Shown here: one piece after another, positions 12,036 to 24,635 of the stretch
How positions within the stretch are numbered: position 1 is the first letter of the stretch
Layout of the letters: every line of letters starts with the position of its first letter
Origin: Takakia lepidozioides
Lineage: Eukaryota > Plantae > Bryophyta
Assembly (NCBI GenBank): GCA_030704615.1
Contig: CM060733.1
Location: 72,540,001 to 72,604,000 of the forward strand
DNA: 64,000 nucleotides
Direction: 5' to 3'
Translations under genes and position numbers: made by a program
The notes under the pieces: model-generated
Databases searched by the model: none
What the model was told of the DNA's origin: nothing
The model's input: the letters and a program-made list of their open reading frames with translations, nothing else

Positions 12036-15000
12036 GTGAGAGGAATGGAGGAAATCAGGGTGAAGAGCACCACAATTCTGCAGAAACAAACGATTGCTAC
12101 CCCACAGGCGATACAGATACTGAAGGAGCTGAGATTGCAAGGATTGCAAAGCATAGATTGGACATTACACCATAGACAGTACATGTTACAATTTTTGCAG
12201 AACTTTGAGCCAAGGACAGGAACAACAACGGTGAAGGGAGTTGAATTAGTAATTACTCCCCTATACCTCCAGCAATTGTTTCGATTGCCAGCAGGTCAGG
12301 TGCATGTGGAGGAACACAGGGCAAGACTGCAAATAGGGGACTTATTCCAAGAAGGGAGTTTCTTTAAAACTCAGGGTTATGCTTGTACAAAGGCTGTGTA
12401 CCCAGGGCTAAAGGAGATAGACCAGGTATTGAACGTTCTGATTGCCATGAAACAGAACCAACAGTATTTGAGCAGATCCTTCACGGAGGAAATACTCAAA
12501 GCCCTGAAAGGACAAGAGGTAGAATGGGCGGACATAATGTACAACGCACTGGTAGAGGAGATGAAAAGATTACAAGGTAATACCGCAAAGTCTCCTATCA
12601 TAGTATCTGGCCCAATCATTGCTCAAATAATTCTTGATTCTGGCATACTTGATGCGCAAGAAAGAAAGGAGATGGGAGTGTTTGAGCCAGAAACCACTGC
12701 AATGGAAGAGCAAGGCTCTTCACATAGTGAGGGTGGACTAGCAGGGCAACCCGAGACTAAGAGGCAGAGACGGGGAAAGACTATACTGGCGGATCCACTG
12801 GCTTCACGGATTCCACATGATAATGTTTCCCAAGCTCATGTGCAGGAAGGGGCACAGCAGCACAGAGAACTGCTATTACTAGAAGCAGGACCTTCAGAGA
12901 GGGAGGAGGAAGTTACTTCAGTATCACAACCATCACAACCAGCTGATTGGCTTGTCACAAGGTTACAAGTTGTCCATGCAGCTCAACCAGAAATAATTGA
13001 TTTGGAAAGAGAAAGGTTAGATATTCCAACTACAGAACAGATAGTGGCAGAAATTGAGAAGGGGAACCTTCTCTATGAATATTCTGGTCTGGTCAAGGAG
13101 ACAGAGATTCCAGAGGTGCAACAGTTGCCCAAGGGAAATCCTGAGTTGCATATAATACACACACCTGTGTCGGAGGTACCACAGGCAGAAGGTCATGACA
13201 CTGTAGCACCGGTGATAGATGAAGTGGTTCAGGAAGAAAATCCGGTGGGACAATGGCCTGAGTGGTTCGTGAGACATCACACTGTTGAGGATCAGGAGGA
13301 ACAGCAGCAACCTCACCATGATGACCCTCAACAGGCAATGCTGATGAGTTCCATAGGTAGGCACTTAATTTGTTAGGGACTTATGTCAAATCCCATGTTC
13401 CAACTACCCAATTGACAGCCTTGAGAGAAGAACTCAGGAAGGAGTTTGAGGCTCGACTAGCCACTGAGTGTGCAAACAAGGTCGATGAAGAGGTCACTCT
13501 CAAAATGCAGCAGGACTTGGAAAATACAGAAGCGGCTTTGCAATTGGCCAAGGAACAATTGATTGAGGCAGGCCTCGCGCAAGACCTGTTGCACGAAGCA
13601 CATAAGCAACAGCTATACCAAATGCAGGTGCAGCATGAAAGCAAGTTGCAAGAAGTGAATACACTACATACGGAGTTGCAGACAGTGCATGACAGCATGG
13701 CCATACAATGTGCTACATTCACAACTATGCTTGACCAATCTACAAAAGAAATAAACAGTCAAGCGGAAAAATGTACGAAGGCAGAAGAAGAGAATGTTGA
13801 GCAAATGAAACTCATTGTCGATATGAAGAATACAATCTGTCGCAATGAGGATACTTTCAAGCGATACAGGCAGGTTGAAGCTGATCAAGATAAGCACATC
13901 GTGGAGTTGCAACAATCGCTCATGGCCAATAGAACTGAAATCACGGTCACTAACAAGGCTTGGAAGAAAGCTAATAATCTACTTGTTGCCTATGCGAATT
14001 TGGTTGAACCTCATGCGAAGCGCATGGAGGCCTTACAACAGCAGTTAGAAGTGTACAAACTAAGAGAGGAGCACACTCTCAGGGGAACCACAAGCAACTT
14101 GGTGGATAACAGCCTTATGCAGGTCTGGTTAGCACAAGGGCCAGTGGAGGGCAAAGCACCACGAAAGCTCACCCAAAGCGAGATGAATGAGCTCAGACTG
14201 CAAGTGCAGAACATTGCCACAACTACTATAGACAATGTCTATAGTAGAATAGCAGAGTTACAGGAGGATGTAGACGGACTGCAGACTCAAGTGGAGGACC
14301 TCACTTCAAACATAGACAAAAGAGTCTATATCCCTCAGGAACAGCTAATGGCTTCTTATTTACAAGCCAAAACTTTGGCTTTTCAGTCTTCACAGGAGGT
14401 GCAGGAAATGCCAATGATACAAGAGCCAGTACCACCAACACCACAACAAGTCACTGTACCAGTAGCTGAACCTGTTGTTACTACAACCACACCGCAGACA
14501 CCACAGCCTGAGGTATGGGGCAATGCTGCTTTTAACCCACCTAAAACTCCAGCTGCAAGGGAGTACAGTAGGGCTATGATTATGCCCTTCAACCAAATTC
14601 CCATCATGTTGGATTTGGCTTGGAAATAATTTAGTCCTCCGCAGTCATTCGCACATTACTACCAAATCATGCGCATTTGGCTGCCAGTGGCAACTAGGAC
14701 TAAAGTTCTTCCGAACAATCGACCAATTGAGGATCATCACTTTGCACAGTACTGGCATGAGGCAAGTACCATGTTGAGGGAATTAATTGCTTTCCAGGTT
14801 GTACATGGATTCATTTATACCAAGACCAAGGAGGTAGCAAGTATTGTCATGGGATGCGGGTTATACTACGCTGCTTGTTTTCTGGTACGTTATCACATTG
14901 AGCAACAAAAGATGCAAGCGCGCTTTCTGAGTTATTCCAGTGGGGATCATTGGATCTTACCTTCAGTGCCACCTCATATGTACCTATATGAGGCAAAAGT

Positions 15001-15274
15001 TATGATGCAAAAGGATTCTCAAATTCGTTCATGGTTTCAAGCGGCCTGGAACAATTTGTCAACACAGAAATTCGGCATTGATGATATTTTCTATAAGGGA
15101 CATGTGGCATGGAAATACTTGCACGCTGCACAAGTAATTGGTACCCCACTCACCTGGACAGACAAGGAGCTCAGTGTCTACACCAATTTTGCTGTTCAGC
15201 GGTTACACCAAGTTGTAAAATATAAACTTCCAGACATGGTAGGACAACATTGTATGCCCCAGAGGATTCCATAA
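12036..15274 (+). pseudogene. Gypsy-A 3' extra ORF, disrupted
   Basis: Near-identical to 2569-5556; frameshift ~13365, stop at 14627. Confidence 0.85.
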
Positions 15275-16256
15275 AAAGTTCGAAAATTAAAACACCTGAG
15301 AGGCGATGAGGATTCTGATACAACTGTTTCTTCACCGAATTCTTTTGACATGGGAGAAGACTATGCAATTCAGATGGCAGAGAAGAAGCGACGGGGGTCT
15401 CCTATGCCTGAAAGGTTACCTCGATATCAGCCTCCAGAGGGCCTCACTTATCCAGGTAGTGTTCAAACATCTCCGTCAACCAGAGACAGACCTTGGGCTC
15501 GTACACACAGTCCGCCACGAAACTCTCAACGTCAGAAAGGTGCTCACTCACAAAGGTTTGCTAATCGCAATCAGTAAACCATGAGGACACGACTTTTTGA
15601 GAGGGGAAGGGGTAATGTTAGAGGACTGTCTGGGACTTAGACACTTATACGGGATCTGTAGGGTACCCTTAATTTTTGCACAGACTGAGACCAACAGGAG
15701 CCTTAGGGGTGACAGCAGCGCACTGTAGAGGGGGGTTACACAGCCCGTCACAGTCGTCACAGCCGACACAGCCCGTCACAGCCATCACAGTCGTCACAGC
15801 CGACACAGCCAGACACAGTCAGCACAGCTCGTCACAGCCCAACACAGCCATCACAGCCAACACAGCCCGTCACAGCCGACACAGCCACATAGCCAGTCAC
15901 AGCCCGACACAGCCAAACACAGTCGCACAGCCAATCACAGCCCATCACAGTTTCACACAGCCAGTCACAGCTTGACACAGCTGTCACGATCATAGGGAAC
16001 GGAGAGCAGGACAGGGAACGACTGTGGGGAACAACACCTGCAAATGGAACATGTTAGTTCACGGACGACGGTTAGTAAGGGAAACGGTTAGAGCCACGGG
16101 TAGGAAGATAAAGGGAGAAGCAAGGACTGAGTAGGGGGCTTTTTGGGGGATGATTCTTGGAAGCACGTCAGGAGAGAGAGAGGATCGGGCGGAGAGTAAG
16201 AACGGAAGCAAAGATGGAGAGCACGGTGAAGGAGGAGAGATGATTAGTAGATGCTT

Positions 16257-18432
16257 TGTAGTGTGAAAAGAAGGGGCGTGAATCCCCTTCTGTATAATTC
16301 TAATTGTGCTCCCCTCCATTGATTGCGGAGCAAGAGGAAAGAAGCGTTCTTTCTAATCTGTCCAACTGTCGTCACTTGGCTGTGGGTTTCCCTCAGCTCC
16401 TCCGTGATCAGAGTTCAAGCAATCCTCATCCACGCCGCAGCGGAAGGGAAGACATGGATGGGGAGTCAATTTGTTGTTCACTCTTGGTTCTACCTTTTAC
16501 ACAACATCCCCTATCAGCAGGTACAGCACCAGCTATGCTGGTGCGATGTATTCAGTGATGCAAATCAGCCCAATGGCAGCGGTAAACACAATCCTTTATG
16601 TGAAGCCCACTTGAGCAGTGACAGGTCGGAAATCCCCTTTTTGTAGTGGTGACACAGATTTAGGAGGAGGCAGCTCAGATCTTCATGGTCTGCAGGGGCA
16701 CTGGTTTCTTTCAGGTTTCAGGTTTTCTTCATCTCATCTCCCCAAATTGGCCAACCCCCCCCAACAGCCCTTTTGAATTTGCAGCTCTCTCCTTACCCAA
16801 ATCCCATTTTTCACTCTCTCTCTTTCTTTTCCCTTTTTTCTGTTTCACTATCTCTGTCTATGTCCCCAGGTTCCCCACTATTTCACAGCAGCAGATCTGT
16901 CATGTAATGTGAATGCACACGCTGCTAGGCATCCAGTGCGGCCAGCCTTGAAGTCATCCTCGGTCTCTCAAGACACAACCATCCCATCCCTCAGTCTCTC
17001 TCTCTCTTCCTTTTTCCAATGACCCATCGCTCAAACAGCTCTCATCTCTTTTGTCAGACTTCAACCCAAATACCCCAACATCCCTCTTTTCCCTTCAACT
17101 GTGGGGACGCAGTTGTTCAGATCCTGATCCCATAGTGAAATCACCTTATCCTTTCCATGTTTTTTGCAACTCCAGCTAACCATCATTGATCTCTCCAAAC
17201 AAACAAGCCAGATCTACATTGGTTCCAGGTTATCACTACACACGGCAGCATGGTGTCCAGGTTTATGACACTGAATCAGAATGCAAGAATGAAGACAACA
17301 GTGACCATTCTGAATTCAGTGACGAACAGGCTCTCTCTTTCTCTCTCTCTTCACTTATTTCTCTCACTGTTATCACAACATCAGGTGCATCCATCCTTTC
17401 CACGTTCTGGTCTGAAGTCCAGAGTCTCCATTCCCATTTCAAAAACTTTTTCTTGTCACATGTCTCTACCTTTTCTCTTCTGCCAAGATGGCAGTCCTAA
17501 ATCTACCAAAGCAATTTCTAAGTCCACCCAAAAAGAAGCCTCTGTTCATCGACTTATCTGTTTTTATCCACTAGTGAAGCGGCGGGTCTGCCTGTCAAGG
17601 TGGTACCTTGCCATCGCCCGTCAGCAGCCACTTCAACCCTTTCTCTTTGTCTTGATTCCAGACCTTATGACGCCATGATGGCTCCCCTTCTTCACTTGGA
17701 CCATCCTGTGGCCTGACAACCAGATTACGCTATGCAATTCTTCCTCTCGAATTGGCCTGGTCCTATAACAAGGAGACACAAAGCAGCTAGAAGCTTAATG
17801 ACAGAGAACCTGAGATACCATACAGCCAGAACTCCACATGCTTTACCTCCCCCCCATTGATTGTGCCCAGACTCTCTTCCCTGTGCTTTCAGCAGCTGGC
17901 CTTTTCCTTGCTTGCTCATCTGCCCATAACTATCATCTTCAAGGCACTGGCGGCAGTGGTGGTGCGCCGCTTTCCTTACATGCTTCTATCTCTTGGAATT
18001 GATCATCACTACGAGAGAGGCGGCACCGCTTCTTTCTACACAGAATACCAAGCAGAGGCGTCTTAATGCCGCTTCCTAAGCCAAGCAAGATCCCACCGCG
18101 CAGGTACAACCTCCTAACACAGGCTGCCCTGCCGACACCACTGCTTGCAACAGCCGCTACGAGCCATCCGTCGTCTTCCTCTTCGTTTTTCTCAACCCGC
18201 GATCTTTTAGGTCAAGAACCAGTGATGAAAACGTTCATCGCATGGATGAAAATGTGTACCGTCATGACTTAGCCATTTTCTCCTGGCAAAGCATAAGTTC
18301 AGTGCGCTCATGAAATTACCTACATGAAGGGATACATCCTTTCTGCAGTTGGGATGACGGGCACTCCGTCATAGTGATGTAGGTCGTAATGGTAAACATA
18401 TGTAATGTTCTCTCCCCTGCATTCACACTACA
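16257..18432 (-). repeat. Gypsy-B 3' LTR
   Basis: Direct repeat of 25019-27163 plus extra terminal bases. Confidence 0.93.
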
Positions 18433-18443
18433 TATGTAGTGTG

Positions 18444-18454
18444 TCTCCCTTTTT
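18444..18454 (-). other. Gypsy-B polypurine tract
   Basis: AAAAAGGGAGA on minus, 11 nt upstream of the 3' LTR. Confidence 0.7.
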
Positions 18455-20699
18455 AAGTGTCAAGGTCCTCACTGACCACCTTCACTGGCTGATCACACAC
18501 TGGTGGTACGAAGGGTTTCAAGTCCCTCCTACTTCTTGTCCATTCCTTGTTTGCCCCATCTCTTAGCCTGCATCTGCGTGCAACTTCCCCTGTCCTTGTG
18601 GTGTTTCCTGCATCTTTGTACCCCAAAAAGTCATAAGGTCCCTCCCATGGAGATGTCATGGAAGATCTCTTTCCAGGCCTCAACATCATAACCTTGCTGT
18701 TTTCCATCAACTTGCAGTAGGTATGCCCAGTTTGATGCCTCCTTTCATAATCCCTTGCCTGTTGCCGCTGCCCTTTCTTCACATTTTTTCGCAGCTTTGC
18801 CTTCATCTCTGTGAGAAGCTGGATTTTCTGCTGCATCATAAGTGTGACCTCTGCTACAGATCCATCAGAATTTACTGGTGTTGTAAGAAAATGCAACCTG
18901 TTGTCAATTCCCAGCCTTGGAATTCTACCAGTAAGTACCTGAAAAGGTGAGAATCCAGTGGAAGCATGGACACCCATTCTGTAACCAAACAGGGCCTTAT
19001 AGAGATTCTGATCCCATTCAGTGTCGTTTCCAACTCCTAGGGTGGTGATGCTCTGTTTGAGAGACTTAATGACCCTTTCCACCATACCGTTACACTGAGG
19101 CCAGTAGGGGGCGCTATGCTCCCTCTTTATACCGTATTCGTGGCATGTATCTTCAAACTCACCTCCCCACTCTGTGCCATTGTCAGTGAGCAACGTATGT
19201 GGGCAGCTATACCTGTCAATTACTTCTTCCTCAAGAAAGCGGGCAGCAAGGGCTGCTGTATGATCTGCCACTGGTGCAGCTTCTATCCATTTTGAGAAGT
19301 GATCGATTGCCACCAGAAAGTACTGATTGCCCCTGCTGGTTATAGGTAATGGTCCTGCCGTGTCAATTGCAACTCTGAAAAACAGATCTACTACTGGAAT
19401 GCTGTGAAGTTTTGAGCTACCTGAGCGCAACACTCCGTTCTGTTTGGCCATCTGACATTTACCACAGCCCTTGAGAACTTTCCTGATGAGTTTTGTTCTA
19501 TCATGCCAGAAATAACGTCGGCATATCTCCTCTTGAGTTCTTCTGACTCCAAAGTGGCCAGTGGCTTCATGTACTTCAGTGATTATTGCCCCTCTGTCAG
19601 TTCTTGGTGGAACTACCCTTCCATCAAAGTAGACCTCACCTTTGAGATAGGAGTACTGCCTTGCCCGCCTCTTGGCTCTCGTGCTCTCCTCTTTTGTCAG
19701 GTAGTCATTGACTTCTCCAAAACATAAGAGGTGCATGACTTCCACATCATCAAGCACATCAGGTTGCCTTTCCTCCTTAACAGCTGCTGTATGCTGGTCA
19801 GAGCTGATGAGAGAGCTTTTCCCCCATCTTTCAGCCTCACGTAATAATGACATCTGAGTAGCTTTGGTGGGTGCGGTCCATGGTACCCAGTCCCCTTCAT
19901 CAATCTTGTTGCAAGAAGAAGTGTCTGGTTCTGAACCACTTGTTCCATCACTGTCTGAAGAACAAAACGTCTTGGTGGAACACTCACCCCCCATGTTTTC
20001 CTTGGCTGGGCATTCTGATGAGGAAGTCACCCGCGTTCTTCTTGTAGTTGGAGTGCTTGTCAAGTCTTGAAGGAATGGTGTCTCTTGCAAGCTTCCCTTT
20101 TCATTGTTCGATCTCTCTTCCACAAGTTCACAGGCTGGATGTACCTCGCTCAGCTCCTTATCACGAGCACGAGATCCTCGGGTAATCACATGGATGGTGG
20201 GACAAGAGGGCATCAGATGCTCCCTTTCCTTGTTGCTGATTGCAGTAGCCTCTATCCTTCCTGCACCCTTATCCTTCCAAATACCCTCCCTTACCAGATT
20301 GACAGAGCTTGATTGATCAATACCCTTTCCTTGTTTTTTTGTAGCAAAAGTCTGTGCAGCAAAAGTCACCCTCTTTCCTTCTCCATCTGGCATTATGCCT
20401 GGTTTCAGTTCTCCCTTCAATATGCCATGATCCTTGGTCAACATTCTACCTGTGGAAGGTCTTACTATGCCCGGAACGAACTCAAATGAAAAGTCACCAA
20501 GTAAGTCTATGCCTATGTGGTGCTCTGAGTACAGCCACCAATATGGATCTAGATCTGTTTCCAAAGAAAAATGACTTCCCAACAGTATTTTCTTGAAGTG
20601 CCAAAGGCCCCATACACATGCATAGTACTCTTCTCTTTTGCAAATCATCTCCCCTTTTTCACTGCTATACCCTACTTGCCTATGAGCTTCTTCTCTCAA
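18453..20699 (-). CDS. Gypsy-B degenerate second RNase H-like domain + integrase
   Basis: H-H-C-C zinc motif (HEATGH...CGKC), IDTAGP, LTDNG, NGMVER DDE motifs, WEGPY; frame is open upstream to ~20790, overlapping the end of gag-pol. Confidence 0.9.
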   Translation of the reverse strand: MREEAHRQVGYSSEKGEMICKREEYYACVWGLWHFKKILLGSHFSLETDLDPYWWLYSEHHIGIDLLGDFSFEFVPGIVRPSTGRMLTKDHGILKGELKPGIMPDGEGKRVTFAAQTFATKKQGKGIDQSSSVNLVREGIWKDKGAGRIEATAISNKEREHLMPSCPTIHVITRGSRARDKELSEVHPACELVEERSNNEKGSLQETPFLQDLTSTPTTRRTRVTSSSECPAKENMGGECSTKTFCSSDSDGTSGSEPDTSSCNKIDEGDWVPWTAPTKATQMSLLREAERWGKSSLISSDQHTAAVKEERQPDVLDDVEVMHLLCFGEVNDYLTKEESTRAKRRARQYSYLKGEVYFDGRVVPPRTDRGAIITEVHEATGHFGVRRTQEEICRRYFWHDRTKLIRKVLKGCGKCQMAKQNGVLRSGSSKLHSIPVVDLFFRVAIDTAGPLPITSRGNQYFLVAIDHFSKWIEAAPVADHTAALAARFLEEEVIDRYSCPHTLLTDNGTEWGGEFEDTCHEYGIKREHSAPYWPQCNGMVERVIKSLKQSITTLGVGNDTEWDQNLYKALFGYRMGVHASTGFSPFQVLTGRIPRLGIDNRLHFLTTPVNSDGSVAEVTLMMQQKIQLLTEMKAKLRKNVKKGQRQQARDYERRHQTGHTYCKLMENSKVMMLRPGKRSSMTSPWEGPYDFLGYKDAGNTTRTGEVARRCRLRDGANKEWTRSRRDLKPFVPPVCDQPVKVVSEDLDT

Positions 20700-20763
20700 C
20701 TCCTCCTTACCCTCCTTAAATTGAAATAACGAAGCATTGATGGCACCCCTATCCCAAGCTAGC

Positions 20764-23700
20764 TTAAGAAGATAGGCTCCATCCCTCTTTCTCCCTTCTC
20801 TTTTCTGACTGTACAGAGAAGTAGAGTATACCTTCCTCGGTTTCCTCAGCTGGTCCCACTGGATACCTGCTTAGTGCATCTACGTTAGCATGCCTAGCAC
20901 CTGCTCTGTGAACAATTTTAAACTCAAAATCTTGTAACATCATGATCCATCTACCCCTGCGTCCATATGCGTCACTTACCGTTGCCAACCACTCCAGTGG
21001 TTTGTGATCAGTCCTGATTACAAAAGGGGTTCCATACAGGTACTGCCGAAAGTGTAATACTCCCCACACCAGGGCATAGCATTCACCTTCCATAGGGTGA
21101 TATTTGCGCTGAGCATCAGATAGTACCTTACTGGCGTATGCAATGACCCTCTCCTTTTTATACTCCTTTTGTGACAAGACTGCCCCTACTCCTTTGATGG
21201 ACCAATCAACATCCAAGACGAACGGTCTTGAGAAATCTGGTCTTGCCAGGATGGGAGCAGTTACCAACTTCACCTGTAAGGCAGAAAAGGCGTTTTGTGC
21301 CTCTGCACTCCAGATAAACTTCACATCCTTTTTGGTTAGAGTGAACAACGGTACTGCCACTCCAGCATATCCTTTGACATAGGGCCTATAGTACCCTGTC
21401 ATGCCTAAGTAGCTTTTGAGAGCAGTGTGGTTTTTTGGCAAGGGAAACCTTTCAATAGCAGCTATCTTATCTGGATCAGGCCACGTTCCCTCTTCAGAGA
21501 TCACATGCCCAAGGAATACCAACTGTAAGTTGGCAAAGTAACACTTGTCCGGATTGAGCCTAAGATTGGCCTTTCTAACCTTGCTCAATACTCTCTTTAT
21601 ATGTCCCACGTGATCTCCCCAGTCCTTGCTATGGATATTGACGTCATCTACAAAAACTTTAGCGCAATCTTTGATTTCTTCCTTGAGAACCCTATTCATC
21701 GTTCTCTGAAAGGTAGCAGTGGCATTTTTTAGCCCGAATGGCATGACTAGCCATTCATACAATCCCTTCTTTGTGATCACTGCTGTTTTGCCTATGTCTC
21801 GGTCGTCCATTTTGATCTGCCAAAAACCAGATTGTAAATCCAGCGCAGAAAACCACTTGGCTTTCCCCAACTGGTTTAAAACATCCTGAATCAATGGCAT
21901 AGGGTAAGAGTCCCTTCTGGTTAAACGGTTTACTGGCCTAAAATCACCACAAAACCGCTTGGATCCATCCTTTTTTGGTGGAAGGGTAACTGGACACGAC
22001 CATTCTGAGCTACTCTCTCTCATCTTGCCTTGTGAGATCAAAGTCTCAATTTGTCCTTGGACCTCGTCTTCCTCCCATTCTGATAGGCGGCTGGGACGAC
22101 TTCTGCAAGGGGGAAAACCTTGTGTGTCAATTGTGTGTTCCACCTCACTGCAGTATCCCAAGTCAGCCTTGCTAAGAGCAAAGCATTCCTGGTTTGCTTT
22201 CAGCTCTTGTTCAAGCTCTATCCTATGTTCTGGGGCCAGTTCTGGGTTGATGTGCAGTCTGGATTTCAGACTTCTCCAACGACTCTCCATTTCTTCCTCT
22301 TGACTGGGTTCCCAATTTTTTTTCTCCACCTGGCTTACAGAGTTAGCCATTCTCTGTCCTTCCTCTTGTGTGACAACCTGATTCCAATCATGGAAGTCAT
22401 CCTCTATTTCTAGGTTGTTGTTCCCTAGTTCACCATTCCAAGCTTTCTGGTAAGCTTCCTGTATTATGGCAGCAGCCATGCTCTTATGGGTCTCTTCCTG
22501 AAGGAGTTCAGACATCCCTTGGTCCTCGAACAAGTCCTCCCCTAGGTTGACCTCGTCTATTATTTCCTCAACATCCCTCAGTGCTGTTTCTACCTCCTTA
22601 CTCTCCTCAGAGCCTCCCATCTCCTCATCTTTATCAGATTTAGAGGTGTCAGAACCTGAGGATGCTTCCTCCGTGTCCTCATATTCTTCCTCTGGTTTTC
22701 TTTTCTTCTCCCACAAGCCTAGGTACTGTTCATCTGACGTCAGGGTTAAGACATTACCTGCTGACGTACTGCTTGCATATCTCATTCTACTCTCGACCCC
22801 TCTATGGTAGGCTGTTTTGGTAACTGCAGGCTCATTATAATTGATGGTGTGCAAAGGGAAGTGAGCAAAATCCTTTCCTGGCCCATAGCGTACGCGAATT
22901 GTTTCAGCTTCGGTGTCCACTACAGCGCCAAACTTTTTGAGAAAGTCTAATCCCAGCAGCATGTGATATGTATCCGTGTTCACCACCATAAAGGACAAAC
23001 GATTGGTCAGTTCTCCTACTTTGACCTTGATGTCCTCAAGTCTGCCCATTGCAGTCTCAAGAGCACCTGAGGCTACTCTGTAATTTACATCCTTACTAGT
23101 AATGACAGATCCCATCAAACCAAGATCCCTGACTGTACTAGCTGATATTACAGAAAGCATGGCACCAGTGTCAATCTGGCCTAATACTTGGTAATCTCCC
23201 ATTGTAATCATTACATGAAGCGCTTTAACCTTACCTGTATAAGCATACGAGATCGTGGGCTCAGCGTGTGCTGAGTACAAAGGCCTTGGTACATCCTTCA
23301 CAACTTCTACACTGTGAGTTGTCTCCCTTTGTTGGACCATTGCTCTTTCCACCACTTTGACCAGCCCTTTTAATTTGTCTAGCTCTCCGGGCACAGTCAT
23401 GATCAGGTCCATGGGTGACAACGATATTCTCCCTTTGTAGAAGTGGTTCAAGATTCTGGATTTCGTACCTCCTTCTATAGCATTCTTGAAATTGTTCTTT
23501 GGGTAGATTTCACTCTTGGTCTTGCTTGGCTGTTCACTGCTCTCACTATTCCTTTCTGGTGACCCTGTAGGTTCAACAATCGGACTCTGGACAGGTATGC
23601 GTGTCCTTGGAAGTCTGACTTCATTGATACTATTTCGTGACATCAGATCTGTCATCTCTGCGAGTACATCATCCTCATCATCATAGAACACATCTACAAA

Positions 23701-24564
23701 GTTAGTTCCCGGAGTTCCCATCATAGTTTGGTCGAGTTTTCTACCGCACTCACTCTCCGTATGCCCGAGTAGCTTGCAAAAGTTGCATCTCACACCACAC
23801 ATTTCCGTGGAATGCCCGAACCGGTGACATTTGTCACACTTAGCTGGGGTTCTTCCTTCAGGACAATATGCAGCTATGTGACCTTCTTTGTGACAAACAT
23901 TACAAAGGCGAACACGAGGTGGTGTTCTAGATCCCGAGCTTTCTCCTATGACTGGTCCCCTATCAAAGTACTTCTGTAGGGTAGTGTTCAGCTGATCAAG
24001 TCTTCTGTCCACAGGGTTAACAAACACAACTGACTCATCTGTATCATCTCCTTCCAATGGCTCTAGAGGTATTTCCCCTAACTTTCCCAGGCCCCTTTCA
24101 ATCTCAATGGCTGTGTCAAGTGCTTCCTCTACATCAAGGAAGCGCCTGCCCAGCATTACTCTTGCTATTTCTGGTCTCAAACCTGCTGCAAATCTACGCC
24201 TCTGTTCCAAATCAGACGCCCCACTTCTTATAAATAACCGGTTCAACCTATCGAAGTATGTTTGAACCCTTTGTCTACTCTCCTGTTTAATGGTATCCAT
24301 TCTTAGCCTAATTTCTGCCAAGTCAACGATACCAAACTTGGCTGAAATTGCTGCCCTAAAGTCCACCCAGTTGTTTGGTCTAGGGTTTTGTTTACGGTAC
24401 CATTCATCAGCCTTGGCTCTCAGGTTGAGCCTTGCTACCTTGAAAGTTTTGTCCTCATTCAAATCCCTGACATCTGCCTCCATCTGAATCCTCTCCAGCC
24501 AGTCATTTACATCCTCACTATTCCTACCATGATAAGGCGCATCTATGCTGGTTGGACTGGTCAT
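20764..24564 (-). CDS. Gypsy-B gag-protease-RT-RNase H polyprotein (1266 aa)
   Basis: 3 CCHC knuckles, IDTGA protease, LDLQSGFWQI and FVDD RT motifs, RNase H (DVDWS, GEC, TDHKPL, DALSR). Confidence 0.95.
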   Translation of the reverse strand: MTSPTSIDAPYHGRNSEDVNDWLERIQMEADVRDLNEDKTFKVARLNLRAKADEWYRKQNPRPNNWVDFRAAISAKFGIVDLAEIRLRMDTIKQESRQRVQTYFDRLNRLFIRSGASDLEQRRRFAAGLRPEIARVMLGRRFLDVEEALDTAIEIERGLGKLGEIPLEPLEGDDTDESVVFVNPVDRRLDQLNTTLQKYFDRGPVIGESSGSRTPPRVRLCNVCHKEGHIAAYCPEGRTPAKCDKCHRFGHSTEMCGVRCNFCKLLGHTESECGRKLDQTMMGTPGTNFVDVFYDDEDDVLAEMTDLMSRNSINEVRLPRTRIPVQSPIVEPTGSPERNSESSEQPSKTKSEIYPKNNFKNAIEGGTKSRILNHFYKGRISLSPMDLIMTVPGELDKLKGLVKVVERAMVQQRETTHSVEVVKDVPRPLYSAHAEPTISYAYTGKVKALHVMITMGDYQVLGQIDTGAMLSVISASTVRDLGLMGSVITSKDVNYRVASGALETAMGRLEDIKVKVGELTNRLSFMVVNTDTYHMLLGLDFLKKFGAVVDTEAETIRVRYGPGKDFAHFPLHTINYNEPAVTKTAYHRGVESRMRYASSTSAGNVLTLTSDEQYLGLWEKKRKPEEEYEDTEEASSGSDTSKSDKDEEMGGSEESKEVETALRDVEEIIDEVNLGEDLFEDQGMSELLQEETHKSMAAAIIQEAYQKAWNGELGNNNLEIEDDFHDWNQVVTQEEGQRMANSVSQVEKKNWEPSQEEEMESRWRSLKSRLHINPELAPEHRIELEQELKANQECFALSKADLGYCSEVEHTIDTQGFPPCRSRPSRLSEWEEDEVQGQIETLISQGKMRESSSEWSCPVTLPPKKDGSKRFCGDFRPVNRLTRRDSYPMPLIQDVLNQLGKAKWFSALDLQSGFWQIKMDDRDIGKTAVITKKGLYEWLVMPFGLKNATATFQRTMNRVLKEEIKDCAKVFVDDVNIHSKDWGDHVGHIKRVLSKVRKANLRLNPDKCYFANLQLVFLGHVISEEGTWPDPDKIAAIERFPLPKNHTALKSYLGMTGYYRPYVKGYAGVAVPLFTLTKKDVKFIWSAEAQNAFSALQVKLVTAPILARPDFSRPFVLDVDWSIKGVGAVLSQKEYKKERVIAYASKVLSDAQRKYHPMEGECYALVWGVLHFRQYLYGTPFVIRTDHKPLEWLATVSDAYGRRGRWIMMLQDFEFKIVHRAGARHANVDALSRYPVGPAEETEEGILYFSVQSEKRREKEGWSLSS

Positions 24565-24635
24565 CCTTCTATTCTCTAGTCAAAGTTCAAACTGTTTCAA
24601 CACCTAATTCTGACTCTAATTTTCCCGCAACTCCC

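Noticed and set aside
16304-18272. Short ORFs within Gypsy-B LTRs
   Set aside because: No recognisable motifs; duplicated only because LTRs are; indels between LTRs alter frames
18303-18316. 14-bp match between Gypsy-B LTR and MULE left end (atttcatgagcgca)
   Set aside because: Isolated match of a length expected by chance in a 64 kb self-comparison
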